64,000 bases of DNA from a virus: positions 13,568-77,567 of IMG/VR virus record IMGVR_UViG_3300025128_005882, one strand, 5' to 3'. The notes beneath the pieces were generated by a model. It was not told the DNA's origin. It saw nothing but the letters and a program-made list of their open reading frames with translations, and did no database searches. Below, in pieces: positions 29,380 through 38,973 of the stretch (position 1 is its first letter; each line of letters begins with the position of its first letter). The position numbers were made by a program, and so were the translations under genes.

Positions 29380-29733
29380 CTACCTCCCTATACACCTATC
29401 GCAGCGCCAGAATTCTCCGCTGATTAAGCTAGGGTGTACCGAAAATACTTTGCCACATACGTGACACTTCTTTTCAACCTTGTGCGCTTTTTTCCTGTTT
29501 CTTGGAGTTGGCTCAATATCTGGAGTATCAATGTCTTTGTGTTCACCGTTGTCGCTCCAAGTATTCTTTCTAGCCTTTACAGTTTCTCTTCTCGGCCCTG
29601 ATTCTTTTCGCTGCACTCTGAAGTTACTGTCTACTGAAACATCCTCATCATCGGCAACGCTCTCTTGCACTTCTTCTTGTTTTTTAGCAAGTAGCTTTTG
29701 CAGCTCCTCTATGCTTAAATCTTCTGGATTCAT
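29380..29733 (-). CDS. hypothetical Zn-ribbon protein
   Basis: CHVC...CDRC. Confidence 0.55.
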   Translation of the reverse strand: MNPEDLSIEELQKLLAKKQEEVQESVADDEDVSVDSNFRVQRKESGPRRETVKARKNTWSDNGEHKDIDTPDIEPTPRNRKKAHKVEKKCHVCGKVFSVHPSLISGEFWRCDRCIGR

Positions 29734-30212
29734 AGTCTTTTAGCCCTTTCTAGCAAGATGTCGCCCTGACGCTTCAGTTCGTAAACCTTGCCCTCTAATG
29801 ATTGTAACCTTGATTCCGCAACCAATCTCATTTGATCTACACTTGCGGCATAGCTATTTTCACGTATGATGATTTGTCTTTTTACGTCGTGTTTAGTATA
29901 CTGATCAAAGTTATTTAAGTTTGCTGCGACCAGCTTTTCTATTTGGTCATTGCACCAACTCAGGGCAACCTTGTTCTTGTTGATTTCATCTTGGATATAA
30001 GTAGAATACCCATACAGCAAATATGCTGAATCAAACATTTCTTGAGATGTCATTTTTGACATATCGCCCGTGGTCAAATTAGAGGCCACGATATACTCTA
30101 CATTAAAAGAAGAATAAGAAACATTGGACATAGCTATGTATTCATCTATGCCTTTTATGTGTTCTGCTAATCTTTCAGATGCCTTTAATTGTGTTTCTCC
30201 ACTCATCGTCAT
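29730..30212 (-). CDS. helical protein, possibly a UvsY-like recombination mediator
   Basis: Coiled-coil character, size and position near recA. Confidence 0.4.
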   Translation of the reverse strand: MTMSGETQLKASERLAEHIKGIDEYIAMSNVSYSSFNVEYIVASNLTTGDMSKMTSQEMFDSAYLLYGYSTYIQDEINKNKVALSWCNDQIEKLVAANLNNFDQYTKHDVKRQIIIRENSYAASVDQMRLVAESRLQSLEGKVYELKRQGDILLERAKRL

Positions 30213-30597
30213 TCTCCGAATATTTCAATGTAACTAATTCAATATCGTTAAGTTCACACCACTCTATCTTGTCTTCATCTCTAGCCTTTGCAAGCAGAAA
30301 GTCTGCCTTGGTTGTATGGAAGAATGGTATGTGTTCGTAATGTTGCCTCCCGTGCACCTCAAAAGCTTTCCGTATGTTAGGAATAAAAAAATCTAAATAC
30401 AATACAGAACGCTTGTTTGTTGAGGTACTTCCGGGAAGCTTTACTTCTTCAAGAAGTCTGTAGCTATGATAAATCTCCTTAATAAGATGTCTGGCTCTGA
30501 TATGGTGTTTTGATCTTTTGCGGGTATCATTAGCCTTGACATCATACTTGGAGAGATTCAAATTGTACTCTCTACCATTGAAGCCTGTTACTTTCAA
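30175..30597 (-). CDS. Vsr/DUF559-like endonuclease
   Basis: LYLDFFIP, FEVHGRQHY, RDEDKIEWC. Confidence 0.7.
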   Translation of the reverse strand: MKVTGFNGREYNLNLSKYDVKANDTRKRSKHHIRARHLIKEIYHSYRLLEEVKLPGSTSTNKRSVLYLDFFIPNIRKAFEVHGRQHYEHIPFFHTTKADFLLAKARDEDKIEWCELNDIELVTLKYSENDDEWRNTIKGI

Positions 30598-31700
30598 AAC
30601 AGCTCCTTAATTTTCTCGTATATAAAGTCGCAAACTTGTGGATTTTCGTTTAGGAATTCTGTAAGGTTGTTAACGCCTTGAAACTTGAAGAACCTTTCAA
30701 TATCTTCTTCTTTCTCGCCCACCTCATTCGATCCTAGTAGTTTAGCTATGACTGGCTCTTCCTTCTCGTCAATAGCACACTGAATAGTGTACCAAGCTCC
30801 AGCAGTCTTTATCAACCTAAACTCACAAGCTATCTGCACTACCTCTTGTACCTCGTCTATGCCTATGCCATATCTAATCCAGCTCTCGGCAGTAGAGTTT
30901 GGTATACCTCCGGCGTTTGAGGTTTTAATATTCCAGTTTGCGATTTGTCCTACGTGTGGCCCAGTCTGTGCAGGAACCTGCCATTTTCCACGATGTGTGA
31001 TAATCATATTTGTTCCGGCTTGATATTGCAACATATTACCGCAGTCTGCCATTTTCATTGGCGCGTATCTACTACCGCTAGTATTGGCGATATTGTGAGT
31101 GATGCAGATAATAATTGTTTTGTTCTTCGTGACAGAGCCGCCAATGCGCTTAAAGAACATTGATAGGAGCCTTGGTAATGCGTTGCGAACTCCAGTTCTG
31201 ACCTCTCCCTCAAGTTCAATTTTAGGAACCATATTGGACATAGAGTCAACGATAATAACACACTCTGGATCATTATTGATATAGTATTCAATAATATTCA
31301 AGAAGTCTTCTGCTGATAAAACTCTATCATCTGTAGACTCTACGATTAGTATCTTGTCTGGGTCTAGCCCTTTGATGCCTTCAAAGTTTTGCTTAGCTAG
31401 ACGACCCTCCGTGTTGGCGTAGATAATCTTCTTGCCTAACTTTTGACACTTGGCGGCAAAGCATAAAGCTGTTGTTGTCTTCCCACTCTTGGGGTCGCCT
31501 GTCATAACTACACAGCTACCCTCTCTTAAGCCACCTCCTAGCGCTATATCCAACGCTGGAGACAATCCAATTACCTGTAGGTTGTTAAGATTGCTGAGGA
31601 CTTCTGATCCCGTTCTTACCACGTCGCCATAAGTAGAGACGACGGTGCTGCTGACTACGTCTTCAACAAATTTACTTGTCTTCTTCTTTCTTGCCATCAA
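30594..31700 (-). CDS. recA: RecA/UvsX recombinase
   Basis: LDIALGGG, GDPKSGKTT, IIVDS, YGIGID, AGAWY. Confidence 0.9.
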   Translation of the reverse strand: MMARKKKTSKFVEDVVSSTVVSTYGDVVRTGSEVLSNLNNLQVIGLSPALDIALGGGLREGSCVVMTGDPKSGKTTTALCFAAKCQKLGKKIIYANTEGRLAKQNFEGIKGLDPDKILIVESTDDRVLSAEDFLNIIEYYINNDPECVIIVDSMSNMVPKIELEGEVRTGVRNALPRLLSMFFKRIGGSVTKNKTIIICITHNIANTSGSRYAPMKMADCGNMLQYQAGTNMIITHRGKWQVPAQTGPHVGQIANWNIKTSNAGGIPNSTAESWIRYGIGIDEVQEVVQIACEFRLIKTAGAWYTIQCAIDEKEEPVIAKLLGSNEVGEKEEDIERFFKFQGVNNLTEFLNENPQVCDFIYEKIKELF

Positions 31701-32124
31701 TATCTCTCAATCTTTTCAAACTGTTTTTCTTACCGTAGGATGAAGACCGAGACTTCGGCTTATCCTGTACATCTATTATAGTACGATTACGGTTTTCAGA
31801 CTCAATTATTTTTTGATATTTATCAATTACGCGCTCAATATTTGGATACCGAAGAGAATATACGTTCTTCAGCTCGTTAGAATTTAGGGCTTTAACTATG
31901 GCGGCGCAGTCGTATTTAGATGCCAGCCGATTAGCTAGAATAACTTGGAATGAATAAGTCTTTTTCCACTTGTTAGTGTTCCAAAACTTGTAGGCTTGAG
32001 TGCCTTCATTTTCTTTTTGAGCCATGCGTGTACACATGATTTCAGCTATGTACTGCGAACACGTACAATATTCCCCAGTTGATGGAGAAACATACTTGCT
32101 TTTATCGCTTCGTTCCTTCGCCAT
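31672..32124 (-). CDS. hypothetical protein
   Basis: Coupled ORF in operon. Confidence 0.6.
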   Translation of the reverse strand: MAKERSDKSKYVSPSTGEYCTCSQYIAEIMCTRMAQKENEGTQAYKFWNTNKWKKTYSFQVILANRLASKYDCAAIVKALNSNELKNVYSLRYPNIERVIDKYQKIIESENRNRTIIDVQDKPKSRSSSYGKKNSLKRLRDIDGKKEEDK

Positions 32125-32527
32125 TGTAAATCATCGCCTCTTCAAAACAACCTTCAATAGTATCTTCGTATTCTTTTTCAACAATTAACTCTGGAGTTAA
32201 CCACATCTTTTTATGTACTACTCCGTCAACAAGTGCCCCAGTCGTCAGATAATCTTTAGATCTCTGCCCTATCTGCCCCATTACCGAGCGAACTAGATAT
32301 ACAGCGTCAGCATCAGCAATGTCAACTTCTTCTAAGTGAGACCTAAACTGTAAAGCTAACTTTATAAGCTCCAAACCTTCTGATGAACATATCTGCTTTA
32401 CCTTTAGCCAGTCGTCATAATCAGAAAAGTATATATCTCTGCCGTTAGATAGCTGGACGTTTATAAAAACTTCTTTTTCCCCAGCTCCTCTTATTACCTT
32501 CTTAAATTCCTGTTTTCCTTCTATCAT
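32102..32527 (-). CDS. hypothetical protein
   Basis: Coupled ORF in operon. Confidence 0.6.
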   Translation of the reverse strand: MIEGKQEFKKVIRGAGEKEVFINVQLSNGRDIYFSDYDDWLKVKQICSSEGLELIKLALQFRSHLEEVDIADADAVYLVRSVMGQIGQRSKDYLTTGALVDGVVHKKMWLTPELIVEKEYEDTIEGCFEEAMIYNGEGTKR

Positions 32528-32835
32528 TCTTTCTTAGTTCCTGTAGTACAAGATTGTCTTTTAAGGTCTGCTCTAGTGATTGACTTACCTTTGCCTCTCA
32601 TTTCGTCAGAGATGTTTGAAGCATTTTCTGTCATTATGGTAATGCCATCTTGTCTAGCCATTTGTCCACCCGCCGTATGCATCTCAGGCTCTTTAGCTTT
32701 AGCCTTTTCAATATGCTTAGAAATGGAGTTAACTGGTCTATCCAGCTCCTTTGCTATTTCCTTAGCTTCCATGGATTTGTAGTGTCCCTCGACATAGTAT
32801 TTTTCCGCTTTTCCTAGTGGCCCTTTTTTAGTCAT
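32524..32835 (-). CDS. hypothetical protein with possible HTH
   Basis: AKEIAKELDRPVNSI. Confidence 0.55.
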   Translation of the reverse strand: MTKKGPLGKAEKYYVEGHYKSMEAKEIAKELDRPVNSISKHIEKAKAKEPEMHTAGGQMARQDGITIMTENASNISDEMRGKGKSITRADLKRQSCTTGTKKE

Positions 32836-33175
32836 TTAAAAAGCTCCTTTGTGCTCTTGTTAAATATAATGAATTCTTAGTGTTTAAATATAGCATATAA
32901 AAGTCAAACGTGTTTTTACTCACTCTTGACATTTTTAATTCTATTGCTGATTCTCTATGCGAGTACATTCCATTTGGATCGTACAGACCTCCTTGAAATG
33001 TTTGCGCGTAGTATGATTGCTTTACCTCGCCCTTGTTAAACTTATCAACTATTACCTTAGACATTGGTGTTTCTCGCTTATTCAACACCGGCTCTCCATG
33101 TCTACCAAATAGTTTTTCAGTTTTGGTTTCTTTGTTTACAAACTTATCAACATTAGGGTCTAAGTATTTATTCAT
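32828..33175 (-). CDS. hypothetical protein
   Basis: Coupled ORF in operon. Confidence 0.6.
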   Translation of the reverse strand: MNKYLDPNVDKFVNKETKTEKLFGRHGEPVLNKRETPMSKVIVDKFNKGEVKQSYYAQTFQGGLYDPNGMYSHRESAIELKMSRVSKNTFDFYMLYLNTKNSLYLTRAQRSFLND

Positions 33176-33534
33176 TTCTTGCCTTTCATGATGTAATTAG
33201 TCTTTTGTTCAGGAGTCATTTTGTTTATTTCTGTCTTATTGGCTGTAGCGTGCTTACCCCACACATTCGTTTGCTCTTTGGCGGCTTGTTTTTCCTTTAC
33301 CTTTGTTTCCATTTCCGACCTTTTGTAGTGTCCCATCTTTTTTGTGTTCCTGTCAGCAAGCTGACCTATTGTTGAAACATTTTCTACGAAAGCCGCGCGG
33401 CCACCAAAGATTACTCTAGCTAGGGCGTGCTCACCACATTCTTCGCACAAAGTTAATGGGTCGTCTTTAATAGATTGTAGCACGTTTTTGACTTCGTGTC
33501 CACAGCTTTTACAAACATAGTCATAATTAATCAT
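33172..33534 (-). CDS. FmdB-family zinc-ribbon protein
   Basis: YDYVCKSCGH..Q..DDPLTLCEECG. Confidence 0.8.
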   Translation of the reverse strand: MINYDYVCKSCGHEVKNVLQSIKDDPLTLCEECGEHALARVIFGGRAAFVENVSTIGQLADRNTKKMGHYKRSEMETKVKEKQAAKEQTNVWGKHATANKTEINKMTPEQKTNYIMKGKK

Positions 33535-34201
33535 AGTAATCTTCCTCTAGAGCCTCAAGGACTCTACCAATTATTCCGTTTCTTTGTATGTCTTCATAGT
33601 ATAAGCGGCTAACGCCCACACCCTCTATTCCCTCAAGCTTATCGACACATTCTAGTAGGCCGCTAAACTTTTTTATATCCGTTTGCCGTATATCTCCATT
33701 AATTAAAACCTTAGAGTTCTCACCCATTCTAGTTATAAACATTTTTATTTGTGCTAAAGTACAGTTCTGTGCCTCATCTAGTATCATATACGCTTCATGA
33801 AATGTCGCGCCTCTCATTACTTCAAGTGGTTCATATCTGATTCTACCGTCGTTAAAAAGTTTTCCGTAGTAGTCTCTACCGAGGAAGTGCTTTAGGTTTT
33901 CCTCCATAGGTAGTAAGTACGGTTTAATTTTTTCATCTAGCTCGCCGGGCAGTGATCCAATATCTTGTCCCGCACACACTAACGGTCTAGTCACTATGAT
34001 CTGATCTACTTCATCTCTGTATATATGATTTGCAGCTATGCCTGCGGCAATATAAGATTTACCACTGCCAGAAGGCCCAGTACAAAATATAACATCGTTT
34101 TCTACTATATCTCTAATATAGTCTTTTTGGTTGATAGTCTTAGCTGTTATAGGAACAATTCTTCGTCTATCGTTCTTTTGTTGCTTGCGAGATTTTCTCA
34201 T
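33527..34201 (-). CDS. phoH: PhoH-like ATPase
   Basis: GPSGSGKS, GSLPG, MRGATF, ILDEAQN, GDIRQTD. Confidence 0.92.
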   Translation of the reverse strand: MRKSRKQQKNDRRRIVPITAKTINQKDYIRDIVENDVIFCTGPSGSGKSYIAAGIAANHIYRDEVDQIIVTRPLVCAGQDIGSLPGELDEKIKPYLLPMEENLKHFLGRDYYGKLFNDGRIRYEPLEVMRGATFHEAYMILDEAQNCTLAQIKMFITRMGENSKVLINGDIRQTDIKKFSGLLECVDKLEGIEGVGVSRLYYEDIQRNGIIGRVLEALEEDYYD

Positions 34202-34213
34202 GCGAGCTCCTTT

Positions 34214-34660
34214 TTATTTGCCGGTACTTCCAAATCCTCCCTCACCTCTGTCGGAGTTTTGTAGTATCTCGACTTCTTGTAACTGAAAATGCGGAACCTC
34301 TTGAAATAGAATTTGTGCAATTCTATCACCTTCTTTTATGTTCATCCATTCTCTGCTCGTGTTGAGCAGACATACTTTTATCTCTCCTCTGTATCCAGAA
34401 TCAACAACCCCTGCTAAAACATCTATGCCATTCTTGACCGACATGCCAGAGCGAGGCCATATAAGTCCGACATACTCCTCTGGTATCTCCAAAGAAATGC
34501 CAGTTTTAATCGTAACCCTTTGACTTGGGGCTATTGGTCTAGTTGTAACAGAATATAAATCCCAGCCTGCGTCACTCTGGTTTGACCTAGTTGGTACTAT
34601 AGCTTTTTTTTCCGTCTTCTTTACTCTTATAGTTTTTCCTGCAAATCTTGCGTCTATCAT
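34214..34660 (-). CDS. dut: trimeric dUTPase
   Basis: AGWDL, PRSG, GVVDSGYRGEI, RIAQ, RGEGGFGSTG. Confidence 0.95.
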   Translation of the reverse strand: MIDARFAGKTIRVKKTEKKAIVPTRSNQSDAGWDLYSVTTRPIAPSQRVTIKTGISLEIPEEYVGLIWPRSGMSVKNGIDVLAGVVDSGYRGEIKVCLLNTSREWMNIKEGDRIAQILFQEVPHFQLQEVEILQNSDRGEGGFGSTGK

Positions 34661-35736
34661 AGTTTCAAATCTCCAAAGTCCATATCCTCAAGGTCGTTTG
34701 TGCTTGCTCCGATTTTGTATGAAGTTATTTCATGCTCTTGCGGTGCTACCTGAACGCCCTCACTATTTATCCACGGCTCTGTCCACCCAGCTATTGGGTT
34801 TCTTATTCCAGAGTCGTAGGGTAGTTTAATTGATTTTCTACGGCTCATGCACAACCAATCAATGTACTTATGCATAACTGGTTCGCTAAGCCCAATAATA
34901 GAACCATCTTTGAATAGGTACGAAGCCCATTTCTTTTCTTCTGATGCTGCGCTTTCAAACATCTTTATTGCATCTTCTTCGCACTCTTTTGCTATTTGCA
35001 CAAAACCCTCAGACTTTTCATTTCTTAAAATCTTTAAGATCTGTTGAGTATTGTGGAGGTGTATTGCCTCGTCTCTTTTAATGAGCTTCACTATGTCGGC
35101 GTTGCCAACCATCTTTTTATTTTCAGCAAAAGCAAACGCGCAAATGAACGAAACATAAAACCGGACAGACTCTAGAATGTTGATACTAATTAAAGTTAGG
35201 TAAATCTGTTTTTTGATATCCTCTATCTTCTTGCTGTTGCTTAGCTTTCTTAGTTTATCATATTCTTTTACTGCCACATCTGCTCTAGCGACAATTTCTT
35301 TGTCTGTCAAACAGGAGTCTAGAACCTCACTTGGGTTTGGGTATACGTTCTTAATAATATAGGTGTAGCTGTAGCTATGTATCTGCTCAAAGAATTGCCA
35401 CACGTTAAGACATGCCTCAAGCTCTGGATTAGATACATACTCCTGAATCGTCGGCACACCTCTGCATATTACGGAGTCCATCATCGTTTGATACTTAAGG
35501 TTTGAAGTGAAGATAAACCGTTCATTGTCCGACATCACTGAGTCGTCCTTGAAATCGTTGCGGTCTTTCTTTAGCTCAATCTCTTCTGGTCTCCAAAAAA
35601 ACTCAAGCTGCTTCTTGTATAGGTCAAAAAATACTGGATACTTAAACTTGTCATATCTTTGAAGTGAAAGGTCTTCACCTAAGAATAATGGCTGCTTAAG
35701 GGTATCTACATTCATCTTGTTCAAAATAGTTTTCAT
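34657..35736 (-). CDS. nrdB: class Ia ribonucleotide reductase beta subunit
   Basis: FWRPEEI, EQIHSYSY, RDEAIH, VAPQE. Confidence 0.95.
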   Translation of the reverse strand: MKTILNKMNVDTLKQPLFLGEDLSLQRYDKFKYPVFFDLYKKQLEFFWRPEEIELKKDRNDFKDDSVMSDNERFIFTSNLKYQTMMDSVICRGVPTIQEYVSNPELEACLNVWQFFEQIHSYSYTYIIKNVYPNPSEVLDSCLTDKEIVARADVAVKEYDKLRKLSNSKKIEDIKKQIYLTLISINILESVRFYVSFICAFAFAENKKMVGNADIVKLIKRDEAIHLHNTQQILKILRNEKSEGFVQIAKECEEDAIKMFESAASEEKKWASYLFKDGSIIGLSEPVMHKYIDWLCMSRRKSIKLPYDSGIRNPIAGWTEPWINSEGVQVAPQEHEITSYKIGASTNDLEDMDFGDLKL

Positions 35737-37967
35737 TATATCGCGCAGGCTCCACCTTCACAAGCTGTGTCTTCGTCTAGTTTACCATCACCGTCTGGGG
35801 TATTGCAATAATACAAATTCTTTACCCCATATTTATAGCTGGTGATATTGTCTTTAATTATTTGACTTAGCGGTATCGAACCATCTTCGTGATGGTCATA
35901 GTTGTAATATAGATTGGCACTAATGCTCATGTCTACAAACTTTTGCAACACCGCAACTATTTTAATTATAGCATTGTTGTCGCGCATATCAAACGCTAAG
36001 GAGTAATATTTCCTACCTTTATGATAGTTCGGCACTAGTTGTTTTAGCACACCATTCTTGGCTTTTTTATAAGAAAGTAACTGTCTAACTGGTTCAATGC
36101 CGTTCGTGCTATTCTGTATAACTGAACTTGATTCGCACGGCATAATGGCGGATAGTGTGGAGTGTCTCAATCCAAACTCTTTTATTCTACCCCTTAGCTC
36201 TTCCCAATCCATATTGTATTCAGGTTTAACAATTTCGTCAACTGTTTTCTTATACCAGTCAATAGGGAGTATGCCTTTAGAATATTTAGTATCTCCAAAC
36301 TTTTCGCACGCACCAAGTTGCTCGGCCAACCTGCAAGAAGAATCTAGTAGATACCATTGTATCTTCTCCATCGTCTCGTGGATTAACTTTGGTGTTTGTG
36401 GGTCGTCATAAGTAAGTTTGTTCTTAGCCAAAAAACCAGCCAAGTTAGTGACACCAATACCTAGCGACCTTCTGTTCTTTGTGAAGTTTTCGCCAGCCAA
36501 AATTGGGTAATCTTGATAATCAATTACAGATTCCAATGACTCTACTGCGTTCTTGCACGCTACTTGAATATCCTTGTCTGAGTTGAGTTCCACTAAATTT
36601 AGAGCAGACAATATGCAAATTCCAATCTCTCCGTCTGGGTCGTCAACTGAATTGATAGGCACAGTAGGGTGAATTATTTCTTGGCATAGATTACTCATGT
36701 GTACAGGAATATCCCAAGAACCATTTTCATTACAGTTATCTATGTTCATACTGTATATACGACCTGTCTCTAGTCGCTCTCTAGCAAATACTTCAGCCAG
36801 CTTTCTTGCGCTAACCTTCTTCTTCATCTTAACTGATCTAGAATTTTCATACTTGACATACAGTTCTTCAAACTTCTTGTTGTCACCAAATGCTTCGTAC
36901 AAACCCTCTGCCTCATGAGGGTTGAAAAGAGTAATATCCTCGTTCTTGATCAACCTATCGTAGAACAGCTTGCAGAATTGGATTGAGTAGTCTAACTTCC
37001 TAACTCTATTATCATCAGTACCTGCATTATTCTTTAGTACCAATACATCTTCAATTTCATAATGCCAGAAAGGAATGTGTACCGTTGCAGAGCCTCCTCT
37101 TAGGCCATTCTGAGATGTTGCCTTAACTGCGGATTCAAAGATTTTCAGATATGGAATTAGGCCGGTGTGTATAACTTCTCCACCCCTGATAGGTGAATTG
37201 ATTGGCCTGATCCTGCCTGCGTTAAGACCTATACCAGCTCTTCTGGCTGTGTATTTACCAACAGCGTGGAGACTAGAAAAGATTCCGTCTAAATCGTCAT
37301 CTACGTCTACAAGAACGCACGAAGCAAACTGCTTAATGGTTGATCTAACACCAGCCATGATTGGAGTAGGTAGGTTGACTTTGAAAGTAGAATAAGCATC
37401 GTATGCCTCCTTTACTCTTTTACTGTCTCCTGAGAACAAACACATCGCAATACACATGTACGCTATCTGGGGGGTCTCATATATAATCCCAGTTGTTCTA
37501 TTCTTAATAAGATACTTATCAATTAACTGTTGTAGGCCAGAGTATGTGAACATGTTATCTCGTTCGTGCTTGATGTACGCAGCAAGTTCGTCTACATCTT
37601 CTCTAGTCCATTGATCTAGCATTTGTTCATCATAAATGCCGTTGTCTATCATTAGACATATGTGGTGATGTAAGTCTGGGGGAGTCGTAGCGTGTTTCCA
37701 TACGTTTTTTCTTAGCGACATATTGAGCAACCTTGCGGCTACGTATTGATAGTTTGGCGTTGATTCAGAAATCAAGTCGCTCGCACTTTTAATCAGTATC
37801 TGATGTATCTCTTCTGTAGATATTTTATCACGCATAGAAAGATTCATGTTCATTTCTATGTCGGAAGGGGACACATTGTTTATGCCCTCTGTAGCCCATT
37901 CAACAACTTGGTGTATTTTTTCAACGTCATATAATTCCAACTCACCATTTCTCTTAGTTACTTCCAT
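35736..37967 (-). CDS. nrdA: class Ia ribonucleotide reductase alpha subunit with ATP cone
   Basis: VTKRNG, PTPIMAG, QFASC, SNLCQEI, C-terminal CEGGACAI; start reassigned to MEVTK. Confidence 0.95.
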   Translation of the reverse strand: MEVTKRNGELELYDVEKIHQVVEWATEGINNVSPSDIEMNMNLSMRDKISTEEIHQILIKSASDLISESTPNYQYVAARLLNMSLRKNVWKHATTPPDLHHHICLMIDNGIYDEQMLDQWTREDVDELAAYIKHERDNMFTYSGLQQLIDKYLIKNRTTGIIYETPQIAYMCIAMCLFSGDSKRVKEAYDAYSTFKVNLPTPIMAGVRSTIKQFASCVLVDVDDDLDGIFSSLHAVGKYTARRAGIGLNAGRIRPINSPIRGGEVIHTGLIPYLKIFESAVKATSQNGLRGGSATVHIPFWHYEIEDVLVLKNNAGTDDNRVRKLDYSIQFCKLFYDRLIKNEDITLFNPHEAEGLYEAFGDNKKFEELYVKYENSRSVKMKKKVSARKLAEVFARERLETGRIYSMNIDNCNENGSWDIPVHMSNLCQEIIHPTVPINSVDDPDGEIGICILSALNLVELNSDKDIQVACKNAVESLESVIDYQDYPILAGENFTKNRRSLGIGVTNLAGFLAKNKLTYDDPQTPKLIHETMEKIQWYLLDSSCRLAEQLGACEKFGDTKYSKGILPIDWYKKTVDEIVKPEYNMDWEELRGRIKEFGLRHSTLSAIMPCESSSVIQNSTNGIEPVRQLLSYKKAKNGVLKQLVPNYHKGRKYYSLAFDMRDNNAIIKIVAVLQKFVDMSISANLYYNYDHHEDGSIPLSQIIKDNITSYKYGVKNLYYCNTPDGDGKLDEDTACEGGACAI

Positions 37968-37988
37968 ATTTATGCTACCTCTAGGTGT

Positions 37989-38026
37989 AAAAAAAACTCG
38001 CCTCAAGCGACATACCTGAAGCGAGT
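37989..38026 (-). terminator. intrinsic terminator-like hairpin in nrdA leader
   Basis: ACUCGCUUCAGG-loop-CUUGAGGCGAGU followed by a U run. Confidence 0.7.
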
Positions 38027-38032
38027 AATTAA

Positions 38033-38061
38033 GTTATACTTTTTCAATCTTCATGTGTCAA
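38033..38061 (-). promoter_or_regulatory. sigma70-type promoter
   Basis: TTGACA-N17-TATAAC. Confidence 0.7.
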
Positions 38062-38102
38062 ACTCATTCTACTATATAAACCCTACAATGCAAACAAAAA
38101 AG

Positions 38103-38315
38103 TTAATCTTCTTTCTTGTTATTTTTTGCCCACTGGGTAGCTGTACCCAATAGCAGAGTTGCGATAGGAACGATGAGGGCTGTTGAAGAGCCCCAGTCAA
38201 CGTTTCCAACTTCTGTGCCTAAGTAAGTAAGGCCAGCAGCCAAAGAAACAAATAACGTGTTGAGGCCTAACTTTTTAAGATCCTCTCCGTTTAGTGACCA
38301 TTTTTTTGAACCCAT
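38103..38315 (-). CDS. small two-TM protein, holin-like
   Basis: Two hydrophobic helices, charged C-tail, 70 aa. Confidence 0.5.
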   Translation of the reverse strand: MGSKKWSLNGEDLKKLGLNTLFVSLAAGLTYLGTEVGNVDWGSSTALIVPIATLLLGTATQWAKNNKKED

Positions 38316-38329
38316 AATACAATATCCTT

Positions 38330-38902
38330 TCAAGCATCTGTTATGCTTATTAAAAAACCGCCTTGTTCATTATCATTTAACCTGTAAGGATAACCAGTCA
38401 TCCTCATTTCCATTCCATTGGAGGTTAGTACTTCTTTAGAAAACTTTCTATTCATTTTTAGACAAGACTCAAATTCTTGTAAGAACTCTTCTCTTTCGTC
38501 TTCATGAACATATGTTATCCAGTCATACCCTTTTATATCTGTTAGGGTTTGACCAGTTAGTTGGTAGAATGGCTCATTAGTCCAGACGAGTCTACCTTTT
38601 CTGTCTGTTTCAAATAAGGCTGTATTACTATAATGCAGAGATGCTTTGCTTCTTTGCTCTATAATTTTTTGCCTGTTCTCTATTCTTCCACATGTAGTGT
38701 TCAGTTTTATCACTGCGTCTTTTAAACTAGAACCACCATTGCAAGTAATTTCCTGTTCTATGTTTTCTATAGACTGCACAACATCGTCGTGTTTATCTAT
38801 AAACTTCATAGCTGGTCTAAGCACTTTTAGCCACACAGCGCCAAGAAACCCAAGTAGGGTAGTTAGCATTGTTAGGACTACTGTGAAATCTTCTATAGCC
38901 AC
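38330..38902 (-). CDS. membrane protein with C-terminal PAS domain
   Basis: N-terminal TM, NGGSSLKDAV, FETDRKGRLVWTN..GYDWITYVHEDERE. Confidence 0.8.
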   Translation of the reverse strand: MAIEDFTVVLTMLTTLLGFLGAVWLKVLRPAMKFIDKHDDVVQSIENIEQEITCNGGSSLKDAVIKLNTTCGRIENRQKIIEQRSKASLHYSNTALFETDRKGRLVWTNEPFYQLTGQTLTDIKGYDWITYVHEDEREEFLQEFESCLKMNRKFSKEVLTSNGMEMRMTGYPYRLNDNEQGGFLISITDA

Positions 38903-38973
38903 TGCTGCGCCTCCAATAAGGTGAGACTACGTGACCGCCCGAAGGCGGCCAAGAGTCTTGAAAAGCATTAAGT

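Noticed and set aside
38066-38090. NrdR box upstream of nrdA
   Set aside because: Only a partial ATATAGT match and no second box
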